Shown here piece by piece: positions 37,801 through 47,721 of a stretch of 62,553 bases of DNA. The stretch's first letter is position 1. Each line of letters starts with the position of its first letter. The notes under the pieces were generated by a model. It saw nothing but the letters and a program-made list of their open reading frames with translations, was not told the origin of the DNA and made no database searches. Made by a program: the position numbers and the translations under genes. This DNA is from Pseudomonadota bacterium (GTDB lineage: Bacteria; Pseudomonadota; Alphaproteobacteria; 16-39-46), in assembly GCA_018242545.1 (NCBI GenBank), contig JAFEBT010000003.1, positions 1 through 62,553 on the forward strand, written 5' to 3'.

Positions 37801-39651
37801 TTGGTTTCCACTTTTAAGAGACTAACTTTCATGAAAATTATACAAAACCCTAAAATTTATCACCTTTTTTGTTTCCTCATTCATTTTATGAAACCTCAAA
37901 AGGGACTTTTTATTGTTTTGATTCTCGGGCTTTTTGCGTGGCCCCTCGAACAAAGCTTTTTTCCTTATTTTATTAAACTTATCATTGATGGATTAACACG
38001 TCTTGAATCTTTACAAATTCCTTTAAATGAAATGCCTATTTTTAAAGATTTAGGAAAAATTTTACTTTTAGGTCTCGTTTTCTTTCTCGTGACAGAATTT
38101 ATCTATCGAAGTTCTGATTTTTTACGCGCTTTTTTGCTGCCTCCCTATATGGCACGTCTTCGAACTTATCTTATTGAGTATGTTGCACGTCAATCATTTA
38201 CCTACTTTTCAAATAACTTCCCAGGGGCTATTGCAAATAAAATCAATGATCTTCCCAGAGCAGCTTATGAACTTTTTGACACCATTTGCACCTCTTTCAT
38301 CCCTGGCATTCTAAATGGGCTTATTGCAATTTTACTATTGTTTATGCTCTCTCCCCTCTTAGGTCTGATTATGATGGGGTGGTTTGTTCTCCACTTAAGA
38401 ATTTCTTGGGTCGCGTCAAAAAAAGCCAGCCTTTATGCTAAAGATCAATCGGAAGCTTTAAGTACCCTTTCAGGAAAAATTGTCGATGCTCTTAATAATA
38501 TTTTTACAATTCGACTTTTTAATGGATTCCATTATGAAAAGAAATATTTAGACCATTATCAAACTTCTGCCGTTCAAAAATATACAAAAACACTTGCTTT
38601 CTCTGCCAAGCTAAAAACAATTCTTGGAATCTTAGGTCTTCTTGAATATACCGCAATGATTTCCGCAAGTCTTTATGGGTGGAAAATGGGTTGGTTAACG
38701 CTTGGCGATGTGGCATTTATCTTAACAATTCTTCAAAATATTATGCAATCTACGTGGTGGGTCACTTATGAATTTCCTCATCTTTTTGAACAAATTGGTA
38801 TCTCACTTCAAGCTTATGATCTTTTAACACAAAAAATTACAATTCAGGAAATTCCTGGAGCCCCTGCGTTAAACGTCACAAAAGGAGAGATCGTCTTTGA
38901 TAATGTAAGCTTTCATCACACATCAAATTCTTTAGAACATCCCGTTCTTTTTAAGAACTTAAACCTTACCCTTAAAGGAGGAGAAAAAATTGGTGTTGTT
39001 GGGTTTTCTGGAAGTGGAAAAACAACTTTTGTAAATCTTATCTTAAGGCAATTTGATCCACAGCAAGGTCGTATTTTAATCGATGGTCAAGATATTAAAG
39101 ATGTCTCTCAAGCCTCTCTTTGGAATGCAATTTCCGTTATTCCTCAAGATACAAGTCTTTTTCATAGAACACTTTATGAAAATATTCACTATGGCAACCT
39201 AACGGCGTCTCGAGATGACGTTCTCATCGCGGCCCAAAAAGCCCATGCTTCTGAATTTATCTCTCTCCTTCCCCATGGATATGAAACAGTTGTTGGTGAA
39301 CGTGGTGGAAATCTTTCTGGTGGAGAGCGTCAAAGAATTGCAATTGCGCGCTCAATTTTAAAAAATGCCCCCATTCTTATATTAGATGAAGCAACATCTG
39401 CCCTTGATTACAAAACTGAGAAAAACATCCAAGAAAGTCTTTTAACAGCGATGAAAAACCGCACAAGCATTGTCATTGCACATCGCTTGTCGACACTTTC
39501 TCGAATGGATCGTATTCTTGTTTTTCAAAAAGGAGAAATTATTGAATCTGGCACTCATCAAGAGCTTTTAAATCTTAATGGTTTTTACAAATATCTTTTT
39601 TCTCTTCAATCAAATGGCTTTCTACAAGAAACAAATGATTCTGTTCTTTAA
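37801..39651 (+). CDS. ABC transporter, fused permease/ATP-binding protein (MsbA/multidrug exporter type)
   Basis: Six-TM N-terminal half, Walker A GFSGSGKTT, signature LSGGERQRIAIAR and Walker B ILILDEATSALD. The probable start is the MKIIQN Met at 37831. Confidence 0.88.
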   Translation: MVSTFKRLTFMKIIQNPKIYHLFCFLIHFMKPQKGLFIVLILGLFAWPLEQSFFPYFIKLIIDGLTRLESLQIPLNEMPIFKDLGKILLLGLVFFLVTEFIYRSSDFLRAFLLPPYMARLRTYLIEYVARQSFTYFSNNFPGAIANKINDLPRAAYELFDTICTSFIPGILNGLIAILLLFMLSPLLGLIMMGWFVLHLRISWVASKKASLYAKDQSEALSTLSGKIVDALNNIFTIRLFNGFHYEKKYLDHYQTSAVQKYTKTLAFSAKLKTILGILGLLEYTAMISASLYGWKMGWLTLGDVAFILTILQNIMQSTWWVTYEFPHLFEQIGISLQAYDLLTQKITIQEIPGAPALNVTKGEIVFDNVSFHHTSNSLEHPVLFKNLNLTLKGGEKIGVVGFSGSGKTTFVNLILRQFDPQQGRILIDGQDIKDVSQASLWNAISVIPQDTSLFHRTLYENIHYGNLTASRDDVLIAAQKAHASEFISLLPHGYETVVGERGGNLSGGERQRIAIARSILKNAPILILDEATSALDYKTEKNIQESLLTAMKNRTSIVIAHRLSTLSRMDRILVFQKGEIIESGTHQELLNLNGFYKYLFSLQSNGFLQETNDSVL

Positions 39652-40655
39652 AATGTTCGACTCAGAACAAAATCCACTAAGTTCGAAAGAAGTTTACGTT
39701 CTTCAGAATCTGGAAAAATTTCAAGCATTTTTTTAGACGTTATACTGAGAGTTAAGAGCTTATTTTGAATATCTTGGAAAACGTGATGTCTTTCAAGATA
39801 ATTTTGTGCTTTCTTAAAATCATCTGGCCGTTGTTGATGCTCACAAAAAGTTCTTTTCCAAAAGGCCCTTTCTTCTTCGTTTCCTTTTTCATATGCTAAA
39901 AGCACAGGCAATGTAACTTTTCCTTCTCTAAAATCAATTCCCTTTTCTTTGCCGCCCTCTGCTTCTTTATAATCTAAAATATCATCCGTCATTTGGAAAA
40001 GAATACCTAGAAAACGACCATATTGTTTTAAATCCTCACATTCTTCGGAAGGAATGCCCCCTAAAATTGCACCAATATGGCAAGCGGCCTCAAAAAGAGA
40101 AGCTGTTTTTGCTTCAATAATTTCCTGATAGTGAGATTCCGTCATATTTAGATCATGGAGCGTTTCAAGTTGTAAAACTTCTCCTTGGGCAATTAAGGAT
40201 GAAGACCGAGACAAAATTTTAAGGACATGAAGAGATCCATCTTCAATCATACATTCAAAAGCACGCGTAAATAAAAAATCTCCGACTAAGATACTCGCTT
40301 TATTACCCCATACTGTCTGAGCTGTTTCAATCCCCCGTCTTTGAGGACTTTCATCAACAACATCATCATGTAAAAGCGTTGCCGTATGTATAAATTCTAT
40401 AGCTGCGGCAAGATTAATGGATCGTATGCCTTCATATCCCACCAACTTAGATGTTAAAAGAACTAAAAGAGGTCTAATCCTTTTTCCGCCAGCCCAAATT
40501 AAATGTTGAGAAATTTCTGAAATAAGAGAAACTGGACTCAGCAACCGCAGACGTATCAACTGATCAACAGCTTTCATCTCATTTTCTAAATAAGATTGAA
40601 TATCCACCCAAATTTGAGAGAATTTATTTTCTTTGTTTAAGCTTTTATGCACCAT
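39648..40655 (-). CDS. ispB: Polyprenyl (octaprenyl-type) diphosphate synthase
   Basis: First DDxxD in LLHDDVVDES and second in QMTDDILDY, with 335 aa length. Chain length cannot be read from the sequence. Confidence 0.85.
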   Translation of the reverse strand: MVHKSLNKENKFSQIWVDIQSYLENEMKAVDQLIRLRLLSPVSLISEISQHLIWAGGKRIRPLLVLLTSKLVGYEGIRSINLAAAIEFIHTATLLHDDVVDESPQRRGIETAQTVWGNKASILVGDFLFTRAFECMIEDGSLHVLKILSRSSSLIAQGEVLQLETLHDLNMTESHYQEIIEAKTASLFEAACHIGAILGGIPSEECEDLKQYGRFLGILFQMTDDILDYKEAEGGKEKGIDFREGKVTLPVLLAYEKGNEEERAFWKRTFCEHQQRPDDFKKAQNYLERHHVFQDIQNKLLTLSITSKKMLEIFPDSEERKLLSNLVDFVLSRTF

Positions 40656-40942
40656 ATTCCTCTTTTAAAAAACTTCCTTTTTTGCCTACCTGAACCTTTC
40701 TTTAAATACAACAAAAGAATCTTAAACTTTCTTTTTTAAAATAATTTTTTAAGTTAAAATTTCTATTTTCTTTTAAAACACTTTCTCGAAAATTCCTTGA
40801 CAAATAAAAGCTCCTTAAGCTATGAAAATGGTGAGCTTCTTAAAAGAGGGAAAATCTCATTCTGCAAGATGAAAACAGCTCTCTTCTCTATAATACACTT
40901 TTCTCTCTTTAAAAAGAACGCTTAACAAACTTGTCTCTATTT

Positions 40943-41019
40943 GGCGGAGTAGCTCAGTTGGTTAGAGCAGCGGAATCATAATCCGTGTGTCGGGGGTTCG
41001 AATCCCTCCTCCGCTACCA
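40943..41019 (+). tRNA. tRNA with CAT anticodon (elongator Met, or Ile2 if lysidine-modified), CCA encoded
   Basis: Hand-folded cloverleaf: acceptor GGCGGAG/CTCCGCT, D-arm GCTC-AGTTGGTTA-GAGC, anticodon arm GCGGA-ATCATAA-TCCGT, T-arm GGGGG-TTCGAAT-CCCTC, then ACCA. Paired 1:72 argues against an initiator. Confidence 0.85.
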
Positions 41020-41437
41020 AGAACAGCCGGCTTTTAATCTATCTCGTTGCCCATTTGCAACAAACCGAGCAAAAGAAATATTTTATTTAAAAGTCCTTCT
41101 TTTTTTATCTGTTCCATCTTCTCTATATATTTTCTGTCATTTTTTAAGCTTTATGCTTTCTTTAAGATCGATTTCTATTTCCCTTTTTTTGCAGGGCTTT
41201 TAAAAATTTGTTTTCTTCTGACCGTTTTAATCTTTGCAATCTAAAACGTGAATGATAGGATCAATTTTATAAGAAAGCGCTTAATTGTTTACCATGACGT
41301 AATTTAAGTGCTATTCTGATGAATGTAAAATATTGATTTTTACATGGGGTGGAGTTACATTAATTTAAAGGTTTCTAAAGCCCCTTCTAGAAGTTTTAGA
41401 GTGGCCGTTCTTAATAAGTTAACATAAAGGGATAAAA

Positions 41438-41893
41438 ATGAAAAAACATTTAGTTTTGATCTGTGCAAGCGTTGCTTTTGTATCATATGGGATTGATTCT
41501 GCCAGTGTAGCACAAGCAAGTGTACAAACTTCAAAAAATACGAGCGAACTAAGATCTGCAGGTGCAGCTTCTCTTGCGAGCTCACAAGAATTAACATTAA
41601 TGGAAATTATCGGCCTCGATGATATTGCGTTGAATGATTTTCTTAATGCTTCAACAAACTCACCAAACGTTACTACGAAAGTTATGGCTGCAGCCAAAAA
41701 AGATGATCGTGTTATGAAAGCTTTACTCGCAAAACTTGAGAACAACATTAACTATCGCGATCAAATGCTCGTCACACTTTTAAATGATCCAGAATTCTGT
41801 GCGCTCGTCGTATCACCAAAATTCTCTGGCATGTTTCCAAAAACTGCTTCGACATTAAGTCAAGCAACTTCGGCATTGCCTTCTGGAAATTAA
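41438..41893 (+). CDS. Small secreted protein, paralogue of 42651-43079
   Basis: Signal peptide MKKHLVLICASVAFVSYG..AQA. NSPNVTTKVMAAAKKDDRVMKALLAKLENNINYRDQML aligns with HSPSAIHQIIERSKKDPQILHAFLQKCESDVGYREHIM. Confidence 0.65.
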   Translation: MKKHLVLICASVAFVSYGIDSASVAQASVQTSKNTSELRSAGAASLASSQELTLMEIIGLDDIALNDFLNASTNSPNVTTKVMAAAKKDDRVMKALLAKLENNINYRDQMLVTLLNDPEFCALVVSPKFSGMFPKTASTLSQATSALPSGN

Positions 41894-41910
41894 AGAAATT
41901 TGAGACTCCT

Positions 41911-41945
41911 AAAAACCGCCCTTCGTTTTAGGGCGGTTTTTTATT
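41911..41945 (+). terminator. Rho-independent terminator
   Basis: In aaaaaccgccct-tcgtttt-agggcggtttttt, the GC stem ccgccc (41916-41921) pairs with gggcgg (41931-41936) and is followed by T6. Confidence 0.8.
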
Positions 41946-42650
41946 GTGTAAAATAGGGGGTTACCCTGACAAGATATCTTTTCATAACGTGTATAACTTT
42001 GTTTGTAGGCTTTGAAGAGCTTAAATCCGTGTCAGAAAAAGTGACGACAGATGTCGATCAAAAACCGATAAAACGAACAATTTTGCAAAAAATCTTTTCG
42101 AAGAGAACAGAAAGAAAAAATTTTATTAAACTCTCCCACCACAGATATAAAAAAAGAAAATCTGCTTAAAAAGATCCATCTACTGTTTCTATAGACCCAG
42201 TATAATGTTATGATTGGTAAGCTTCTTAAAGATGACAGCGCAACAGTGCAAACGATTACTTTTTCGGTTAGCCCAGTTTCAACACCAGAAGATGCTAACA
42301 TCATTGCAAGTACGACACGCTCCTGCAGAAACTCTCCAATAAAATCGTGCTTTAAAGGAAGCAAAGAGGATTTGTTAAAGACTATTTTTGACTTTTAAAA
42401 AACTTAGTTTTCTTCAAAAAAATCATAAGTTTTTTTATTTTCTTCAAATTTTGATAATCCTTGTCTGGTCAGCGTATTAAAAAAGGAAATGCGAAGTGCC
42501 TTTCTTAATTTTAATCATTTTAGAAAAAAGAACAAACCCTCAATAAAAGGATTAACATAAATCTTTAATTTGTTATAATGGAGAATAAGTCTTATTATGA
42601 GAAATCTTAAAAACGTCTCTTTCTAATAAATAAAAAAGGATTTTCTTACC

Positions 42651-43079
42651 ATGGCACAAAAAATAACATTTCTAACACCCGCTCTTTGTGTTTCTATAAT
42701 GATTGGAATGGCTTTTCTTCCTCAATCCACAAAAGCAAGCATTAGAACAATGAAATCTGTTGGACGTGGATCCCTTAAGGAGGCCCCTGAAATTCCTATG
42801 AATGCTGATTCTTTGCGGTCTTTTATCACATCTGGGGCGCATTCACCCTCAGCAATTCATCAAATCATAGAACGTTCAAAAAAAGATCCACAGATTTTGC
42901 ATGCTTTTTTACAAAAATGTGAATCGGATGTAGGATACCGCGAACACATTATGTTTTATATTTCATCTCTCGATGATCAAGAGTTGATTGATCTTATTAC
43001 CCAGCATAAAGATAAATATGGTCGTGCTTTTAAAATGCTCAGTGACTTTAAGTTAAAAAACTTAGCAAAAAATACCTAA
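42651..43079 (+). CDS. Small secreted protein, paralogue of 41438-41893
   Basis: N-terminal hydrophobic segment ITFLTPALCVSIMIGMAFLPQSTKA, plus the shared central block described for 41438-41893. Confidence 0.65.
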   Translation: MAQKITFLTPALCVSIMIGMAFLPQSTKASIRTMKSVGRGSLKEAPEIPMNADSLRSFITSGAHSPSAIHQIIERSKKDPQILHAFLQKCESDVGYREHIMFYISSLDDQELIDLITQHKDKYGRAFKMLSDFKLKNLAKNT

Positions 43080-43101
43080 TGCATGTTGCTGGCTTCTTGG
43101 A

Positions 43102-43737
43102 TTAAAAAAAGCGGCGTTCTTTTAGAGCAGTCATAAGGGTTCCATCATCTAAATAATCAAGTTCTCCCCCTAAGGGCACACCATACGCAAGATGGGTTAT
43201 TTTGAGGGTATAATTCGTATGTTGAGAAATATAATCCTTTAGATAATGGGCTGTTGTTTGCCCTTCGATTGTTGCGTTAAGCGCAAGTATGATTTCTTCA
43301 AATTGAGAGGCTTTAATGCGTCGCACAAGGCCTTCAATTTTTAAATCTTCAGGACCTCTTCCATCGAGAGCGGACAATGTCCCGCCTAAAATATGGTATC
43401 CTCCTTTGTACTCTCCCATCCTTTCGAGAGCCCAAAGATCCGATATGCTTTCAACAACACAAAGAAGATGATTCTCTCGCTCTATTGAGGTACACAAAGA
43501 ACATGGATCTTCTTCATCCCAATTACCACATGAAGAACATTCTTTTATTGCATCCGCCGCAGACTTTAAAGCTTCCATTAAAGGATAAGCAAGACTCTCT
43601 CTTTTTTTTAAAAGATGTAATGCTAATCTCCGGGCAGAACGGGGCCCAAGCCCCGGAAGCCTCGACAAATGCAAAATAAGAGTCTCTAAAGATGATATTT
43701 TCATGGTAAAATTAAAAAGGAAGCGAAAGTCCCCCAA
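43102..43737 (-). CDS. recR: Recombination protein RecR
   Basis: LPGLGPRSARRLALHLL helix-hairpin-helix, C4 zinc finger CSSCGNW..CSLC and a Toprim region. The likely start is the MKISSLE Met at 43704. Confidence 0.92.
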   Translation of the reverse strand: MGDFRFLFNFTMKISSLETLILHLSRLPGLGPRSARRLALHLLKKRESLAYPLMEALKSAADAIKECSSCGNWDEEDPCSLCTSIERENHLLCVVESISDLWALERMGEYKGGYHILGGTLSALDGRGPEDLKIEGLVRRIKASQFEEIILALNATIEGQTTAHYLKDYISQHTNYTLKITHLAYGVPLGGELDYLDDGTLMTALKERRFF

Positions 43738-44035
43738 GTCCCTTCATTCCACCCATAATTTTTTCCATTTCGGTCGCCATCATCGCTTCTGATTTGCGTT
43801 TACCATCTGAAAAAGCCGCCACAATTAAATCTTCAAGAACATCTGCCTCTTCAGGATTCAACAAACTTGGATCCAGAGAAACAGAGATCACGTCTCCTTT
43901 TCCATTAAGAACCACCTTAACAAGTCCTGCTCCAGACGTTCCTTCAACATGCTGTTGAGCAACTTTTTCTTGTACAGAAGCCATATCGGACTGTAACTTC
44001 TGAGCTTGTTTCATCATTTTTGAAAAATTTTGCAT
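43712..44035 (-). CDS. ybaB: YbaB/EbfC nucleoid-associated protein
   Basis: 107 aa with MMKQAQKLQSDMASVQEKV..EGTSGAGLVKVVLNGKGDV, in the conserved dnaX-ybaB-recR context. Confidence 0.9.
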   Translation of the reverse strand: MQNFSKMMKQAQKLQSDMASVQEKVAQQHVEGTSGAGLVKVVLNGKGDVISVSLDPSLLNPEEADVLEDLIVAAFSDGKRKSEAMMATEMEKIMGGMKGLGGLSLPF

Positions 44036-45762
44036 TATTCCTCCTTCGGTTCATCAATAATTTTTTCAACACGGGCTTCTTTAAACGTTTTTAAAACTTC
44101 CTTCACAAGAGAATCTTTTTCAATCTCTAGAAGACGCATCTTTTCAAAAGCTTCTTTTTTATCACGCAAAGTAGGCTGACCCATTTCTTGAGACAACTGA
44201 ACGATCCACTTTCGATGCGTTAAAGCTGTTAAAACCCGCGCTAACTGAAGATGATTTTTTGTCTCTGCCTCTGTATTAAGACGCAAAGTCAAAACACCCT
44301 CTTTCATATCAACCAGATGCGCTTCTTGATAAAGCATTGTATACAATCGAATCTCTTTATGTTTCAACAAAAAATCTGCTATTTCTTCCAAATTCTCAAA
44401 AGAAGGAATGCTTTCTTCTTCAGTTTTCTTTCCCGAATTTACTTTTTCTTCTAAAGGCGTCGTTTCAATGTCTTTTTCAATTTTTTCTTCAATTTTACTT
44501 TCTTCTTGATCCCGCACAAACTCTTCTTTTATGTCTGCTCCTTTTTCTGAAAAGAAAGAAGACCATGTATGAAGAGGAGGAAGATCTTGGATATATCCAA
44601 GCCGCATGAGCACCATTTGGCTTGCCAAAGCCGAAAGGGGAGATGAACGGATTTCTTCCCATCCTTTTGAAAGAATTTGCCATGTTCGTTGAAGAACAGG
44701 AACGGAAAAGGTCTTTGCAAGAGCATGAAGGTGGTGTTGATCTTCTTTTGTCCTTATGCCCAAATCAAGCATCGGGTCAACTTTAAGACGTGACAAAATA
44801 TACGTTATATCGAGCAAATCTTTTATTAAACGAGAAGAATCGCCCCCTTTTTGATAAAAGTTCTCTGTCATTTTTAATGTCTTACTCATCTCTCCCTTAT
44901 GAAGAGACTCAAACAACGTGATCATTTCTGAGCCTTCAAAAGCACCGACCATATCCCGAACATGACACGCCGTTAGAGAGAAAGCCTTTGATGATTCTGC
45001 GTCCGTTCTTTGAAACATATTAAGAGCTTGATCAAGAAGAGACATCGCATCCCGTAAAGACCCATCTGCAAATCGGGCAATAAGAGCAATGGCTTCATCA
45101 TCAACCTTGCTTTTTTCTTGAGACACAATTGTTTTTAAATAAGAACTCATTTCTTCTGCAGAAATGCGTTTTAAATCAAATCGGCAACATCTTGAAAGAA
45201 TTGTCACGGGAACTTTATGAATTTCTGTTGTTGCAAAAATAAATTTTACATGGGGAGGAGGTTCTTCCAAGGTTTTTAAAAGGGCATTAAAAGCATTCTT
45301 AGAAAGCATATGGACTTCATCGATGATATAAACTTTATACGCCGCTGATGCTGGAAGATATCGGCAAGATGAAATAATCTCGCGAATATCATCCACACTC
45401 GTGTGGCTCGCAGCATCCATTTCAATAACATCAAGATGTCTCTCTTCTAAGATATCTACACAAGGCCCACATGTTCCACATGGCTCCACGCTTTCATTAA
45501 GAGACCTCCCTACACAATTAATCGCCCGCGCTAAAATACGTGCTGTTGTTGTTTTTCCAACCCCACGTTCCCCTGTTAAAATAAAAGCATGTCCTAAACG
45601 ATTACTCTTAAGAGCATTCGATAAAATTTGAATCATCACGTCTTGGCCGATAACATCCTTAAAAGCTTGAGGACGCCATTTACGCGCAAGAACTTGATAA
45701 GAGCCCTTTGACTCTTGTGAGGATGGCGAAGAGTTTGAAGTTGAGGAATTTTGAAGGCTCAC
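44035..45762 (-). CDS. dnaX: DNA polymerase III subunit tau/gamma
   Basis: ARKWRPQAFKDVIGQD, Walker A GERGVGKTTTARILA, zinc module CGTCGPC and DEVHMLS. Confidence 0.93.
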   Translation of the reverse strand: MSLQNSSTSNSSPSSQESKGSYQVLARKWRPQAFKDVIGQDVMIQILSNALKSNRLGHAFILTGERGVGKTTTARILARAINCVGRSLNESVEPCGTCGPCVDILEERHLDVIEMDAASHTSVDDIREIISSCRYLPASAAYKVYIIDEVHMLSKNAFNALLKTLEEPPPHVKFIFATTEIHKVPVTILSRCCRFDLKRISAEEMSSYLKTIVSQEKSKVDDEAIALIARFADGSLRDAMSLLDQALNMFQRTDAESSKAFSLTACHVRDMVGAFEGSEMITLFESLHKGEMSKTLKMTENFYQKGGDSSRLIKDLLDITYILSRLKVDPMLDLGIRTKEDQHHLHALAKTFSVPVLQRTWQILSKGWEEIRSSPLSALASQMVLMRLGYIQDLPPLHTWSSFFSEKGADIKEEFVRDQEESKIEEKIEKDIETTPLEEKVNSGKKTEEESIPSFENLEEIADFLLKHKEIRLYTMLYQEAHLVDMKEGVLTLRLNTEAETKNHLQLARVLTALTHRKWIVQLSQEMGQPTLRDKKEAFEKMRLLEIEKDSLVKEVLKTFKEARVEKIIDEPKEE

Positions 45763-45807
45763 CTAAGGCACCTTAAAAGATAAGAAAGTATCAAAAAAAA
45801 TCAAAAA

Positions 45808-45903
45808 GGAATGAGCTCAATGACCCAAGGGGTGCTTTTTACGGCTGCTGCCTCTCGGCCCTGACCGGGTTTCAAAGCCCACTTGCCCAAAAAACCCATT
45901 CCC
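45808..45903 (-). ncRNA. ffs: Signal recognition particle RNA (small 4.5S type)
   Basis: The minus strand reads ...AACCCGGTCAGGGCCGAGAGGCAGCAGCCG..., matching the conserved domain IV core of E. coli 4.5S (CCAGGUCAGGUCCGGAAGGAAGCAGCC). The 5' gggaatggg and 3' ctcattcc can pair, a T-run follows, and it sits upstream of dnaX as is common. Confidence 0.75.
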
Positions 45904-46000
45904 ATCTTTCTTATATCAAACTCAAGGCGCTTTAGGATAGCTTTTTTTCTTTAAAAAATAAGAAAATCATTTTTTTGCATGAATTTTAAAAATACGGAAT

Positions 46001-47560
46001 TTATTTTAATGTTCCCGGCAAGATATCATCTTCTGTTCCAGGCCTCATATACCAACGACCTAAATTCCTTGCATAGCTTGAATCAATAACATGCATACGT
46101 AAGCGCTTTCCTACTTTGGGATTTGTAAATTCTTGAGGTATTAAATCTTCATCAAAAACACGTATGGAACCATGACAATCAAATGAATGAAAAGCTGTCG
46201 CACCGGACGCTACGATTAAAGGAACTAATTCTTCCCATGCTTCTAGAAAAGATACTCTTTGATGGTTACCTCTCAGGTGCACACGTTTTTGGTAGGCAGC
46301 CTTTTCACAAATTTCTTGGGCGCTTGGAAATGTTTTAAATGCCCATCGTGTTTGAAGAAATCTTATTAATTTACTCTCTTCACATTCAATAACTTCAAGA
46401 AATGCATCATTACTGATGGCAGACGCATATACAAACCGGCTTGTCTGTGAAACATAAAAAGCCAACATAAGATCTTCACACGGCATAAAATCTTTTGCTT
46501 TTTTTCCAGGATAGTTAGGATGGTATACATTTTGATAATGTTTCCAGGGTGTAAGGCAAAAGTCGATGGTATTTAAGAGTTTATCTTTTAACGCTGGATT
46601 TTGAGATAAGATTTTAGCAATAACACTTTCAAGTAAAAGGTCTGGAAGAGCTTGAGAATAAGGATGTGACCCAGGAGTCTTTAATTCAGCTTCTACTTGA
46701 ATGAGTTTCGTTCGGTAATCTTTATAAGCAGCATGGAGATTGTGGTGCTCATCAATAGGATTATTATCTCTATCTATGCCATTCATAAAAAGGATAAGCT
46801 CAAAAAGACCAACGTTTCTCGGGAGTTTCCCCCTTAATGTATGAGGGATAAAAAGAAAAGATCGTGAATTAACTATTGTATAGGAAAGAGGCGTTTCTTC
46901 TTCTCTGACCTCTCTTGAAACAGCATCCTGTATTCGCATCATTTTACCTTCTTGCGTTAGATAACAAGGAGTAGGAACATGAATACGAATATCTACATCT
47001 GACGCAAATTCATAACATTGATAGGGCGCATGTACGGAACGTAACAATTTTGTAATAATTCGTGTGGGAAATACTTTATGATAGAGAGAGCCATCCTCGT
47101 TTGTAAATCGTGCCATACTTGTAAATTCTTTTGTAAGGCTTTCATAATATTTTCTAAACGCGCTCTCTTCTTCTGCTAAAAGATAATCAAAAGTTCTATA
47201 AAAAACTTCTAACGAGGTACTAATATGCTGCACGGCCCATGCCGTTGCTATAAAATCTTCCTCCTCAAAGAGTCTTTCACCCCTTTGAGCTCTTTTTTTG
47301 TACTTTTGCCATAAAGGATAATTAAAGCGTGGAAATATATGACATCCATCATCGAAGAGTTTTTGTTGATAAAAAGCATATCGATTGGGAACAGGATGAT
47401 CTTTAGCAGAATGTGCCTCATACATAAAGAGGCTGAAAAAAAGAAAATTTACAGATAAAAAAAGTCGTTTTAAAATAAGGATTTTAGACAAAAAAATACC
47501 ACGCGCATTTCTACAAAAAAAGGTTTTTTCTTCCTTCAATTTAATTTTAAACCTAAGCAT
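46001..47560 (-). CDS. Hypothetical 519-aa protein with an N-terminal hydrophobic signal or anchor
   Basis: Long uninterrupted ORF with the N-terminal segment LFLSVNFLFFSLFMYEAHSA. I recognise no motif. Confidence 0.6.
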   Translation of the reverse strand: MLRFKIKLKEEKTFFCRNARGIFLSKILILKRLFLSVNFLFFSLFMYEAHSAKDHPVPNRYAFYQQKLFDDGCHIFPRFNYPLWQKYKKRAQRGERLFEEEDFIATAWAVQHISTSLEVFYRTFDYLLAEEESAFRKYYESLTKEFTSMARFTNEDGSLYHKVFPTRIITKLLRSVHAPYQCYEFASDVDIRIHVPTPCYLTQEGKMMRIQDAVSREVREEETPLSYTIVNSRSFLFIPHTLRGKLPRNVGLFELILFMNGIDRDNNPIDEHHNLHAAYKDYRTKLIQVEAELKTPGSHPYSQALPDLLLESVIAKILSQNPALKDKLLNTIDFCLTPWKHYQNVYHPNYPGKKAKDFMPCEDLMLAFYVSQTSRFVYASAISNDAFLEVIECEESKLIRFLQTRWAFKTFPSAQEICEKAAYQKRVHLRGNHQRVSFLEAWEELVPLIVASGATAFHSFDCHGSIRVFDEDLIPQEFTNPKVGKRLRMHVIDSSYARNLGRWYMRPGTEDDILPGTLK

Positions 47561-47721
47561 TATTTTAAATATTTTTCATAAAAAATAGAAACATAAATCT
47601 TAAATTCCATCCTTCAGTTAGATAGTCATTAAAATTTCAAATTTCAATAGAACGGTTTAAAATAAACACAAAAATTACATTTCAAGAAAACAAAATCCTT
47701 CTCAAAATCATACGTATTCTT

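Noticed and set aside
42032-42364. A 110-aa minus-strand ORF between the two small secreted paralogues.
   Set aside because: There is no Shine-Dalgarno and no recognisable motif. Its composition is typical of random AT-rich ORFs, and it overlaps another equally weak plus-strand ORF (42210-42398).
45110-45116. The A6G heptamer in dnaX as a programmed -1 frameshift site producing a gamma subunit.
   Set aside because: The run is phased as GAA-AAA-AGC, not X-XXY-YYZ. It lies around residue 215, far too early for a functional gamma, and no downstream stem-loop was evident.
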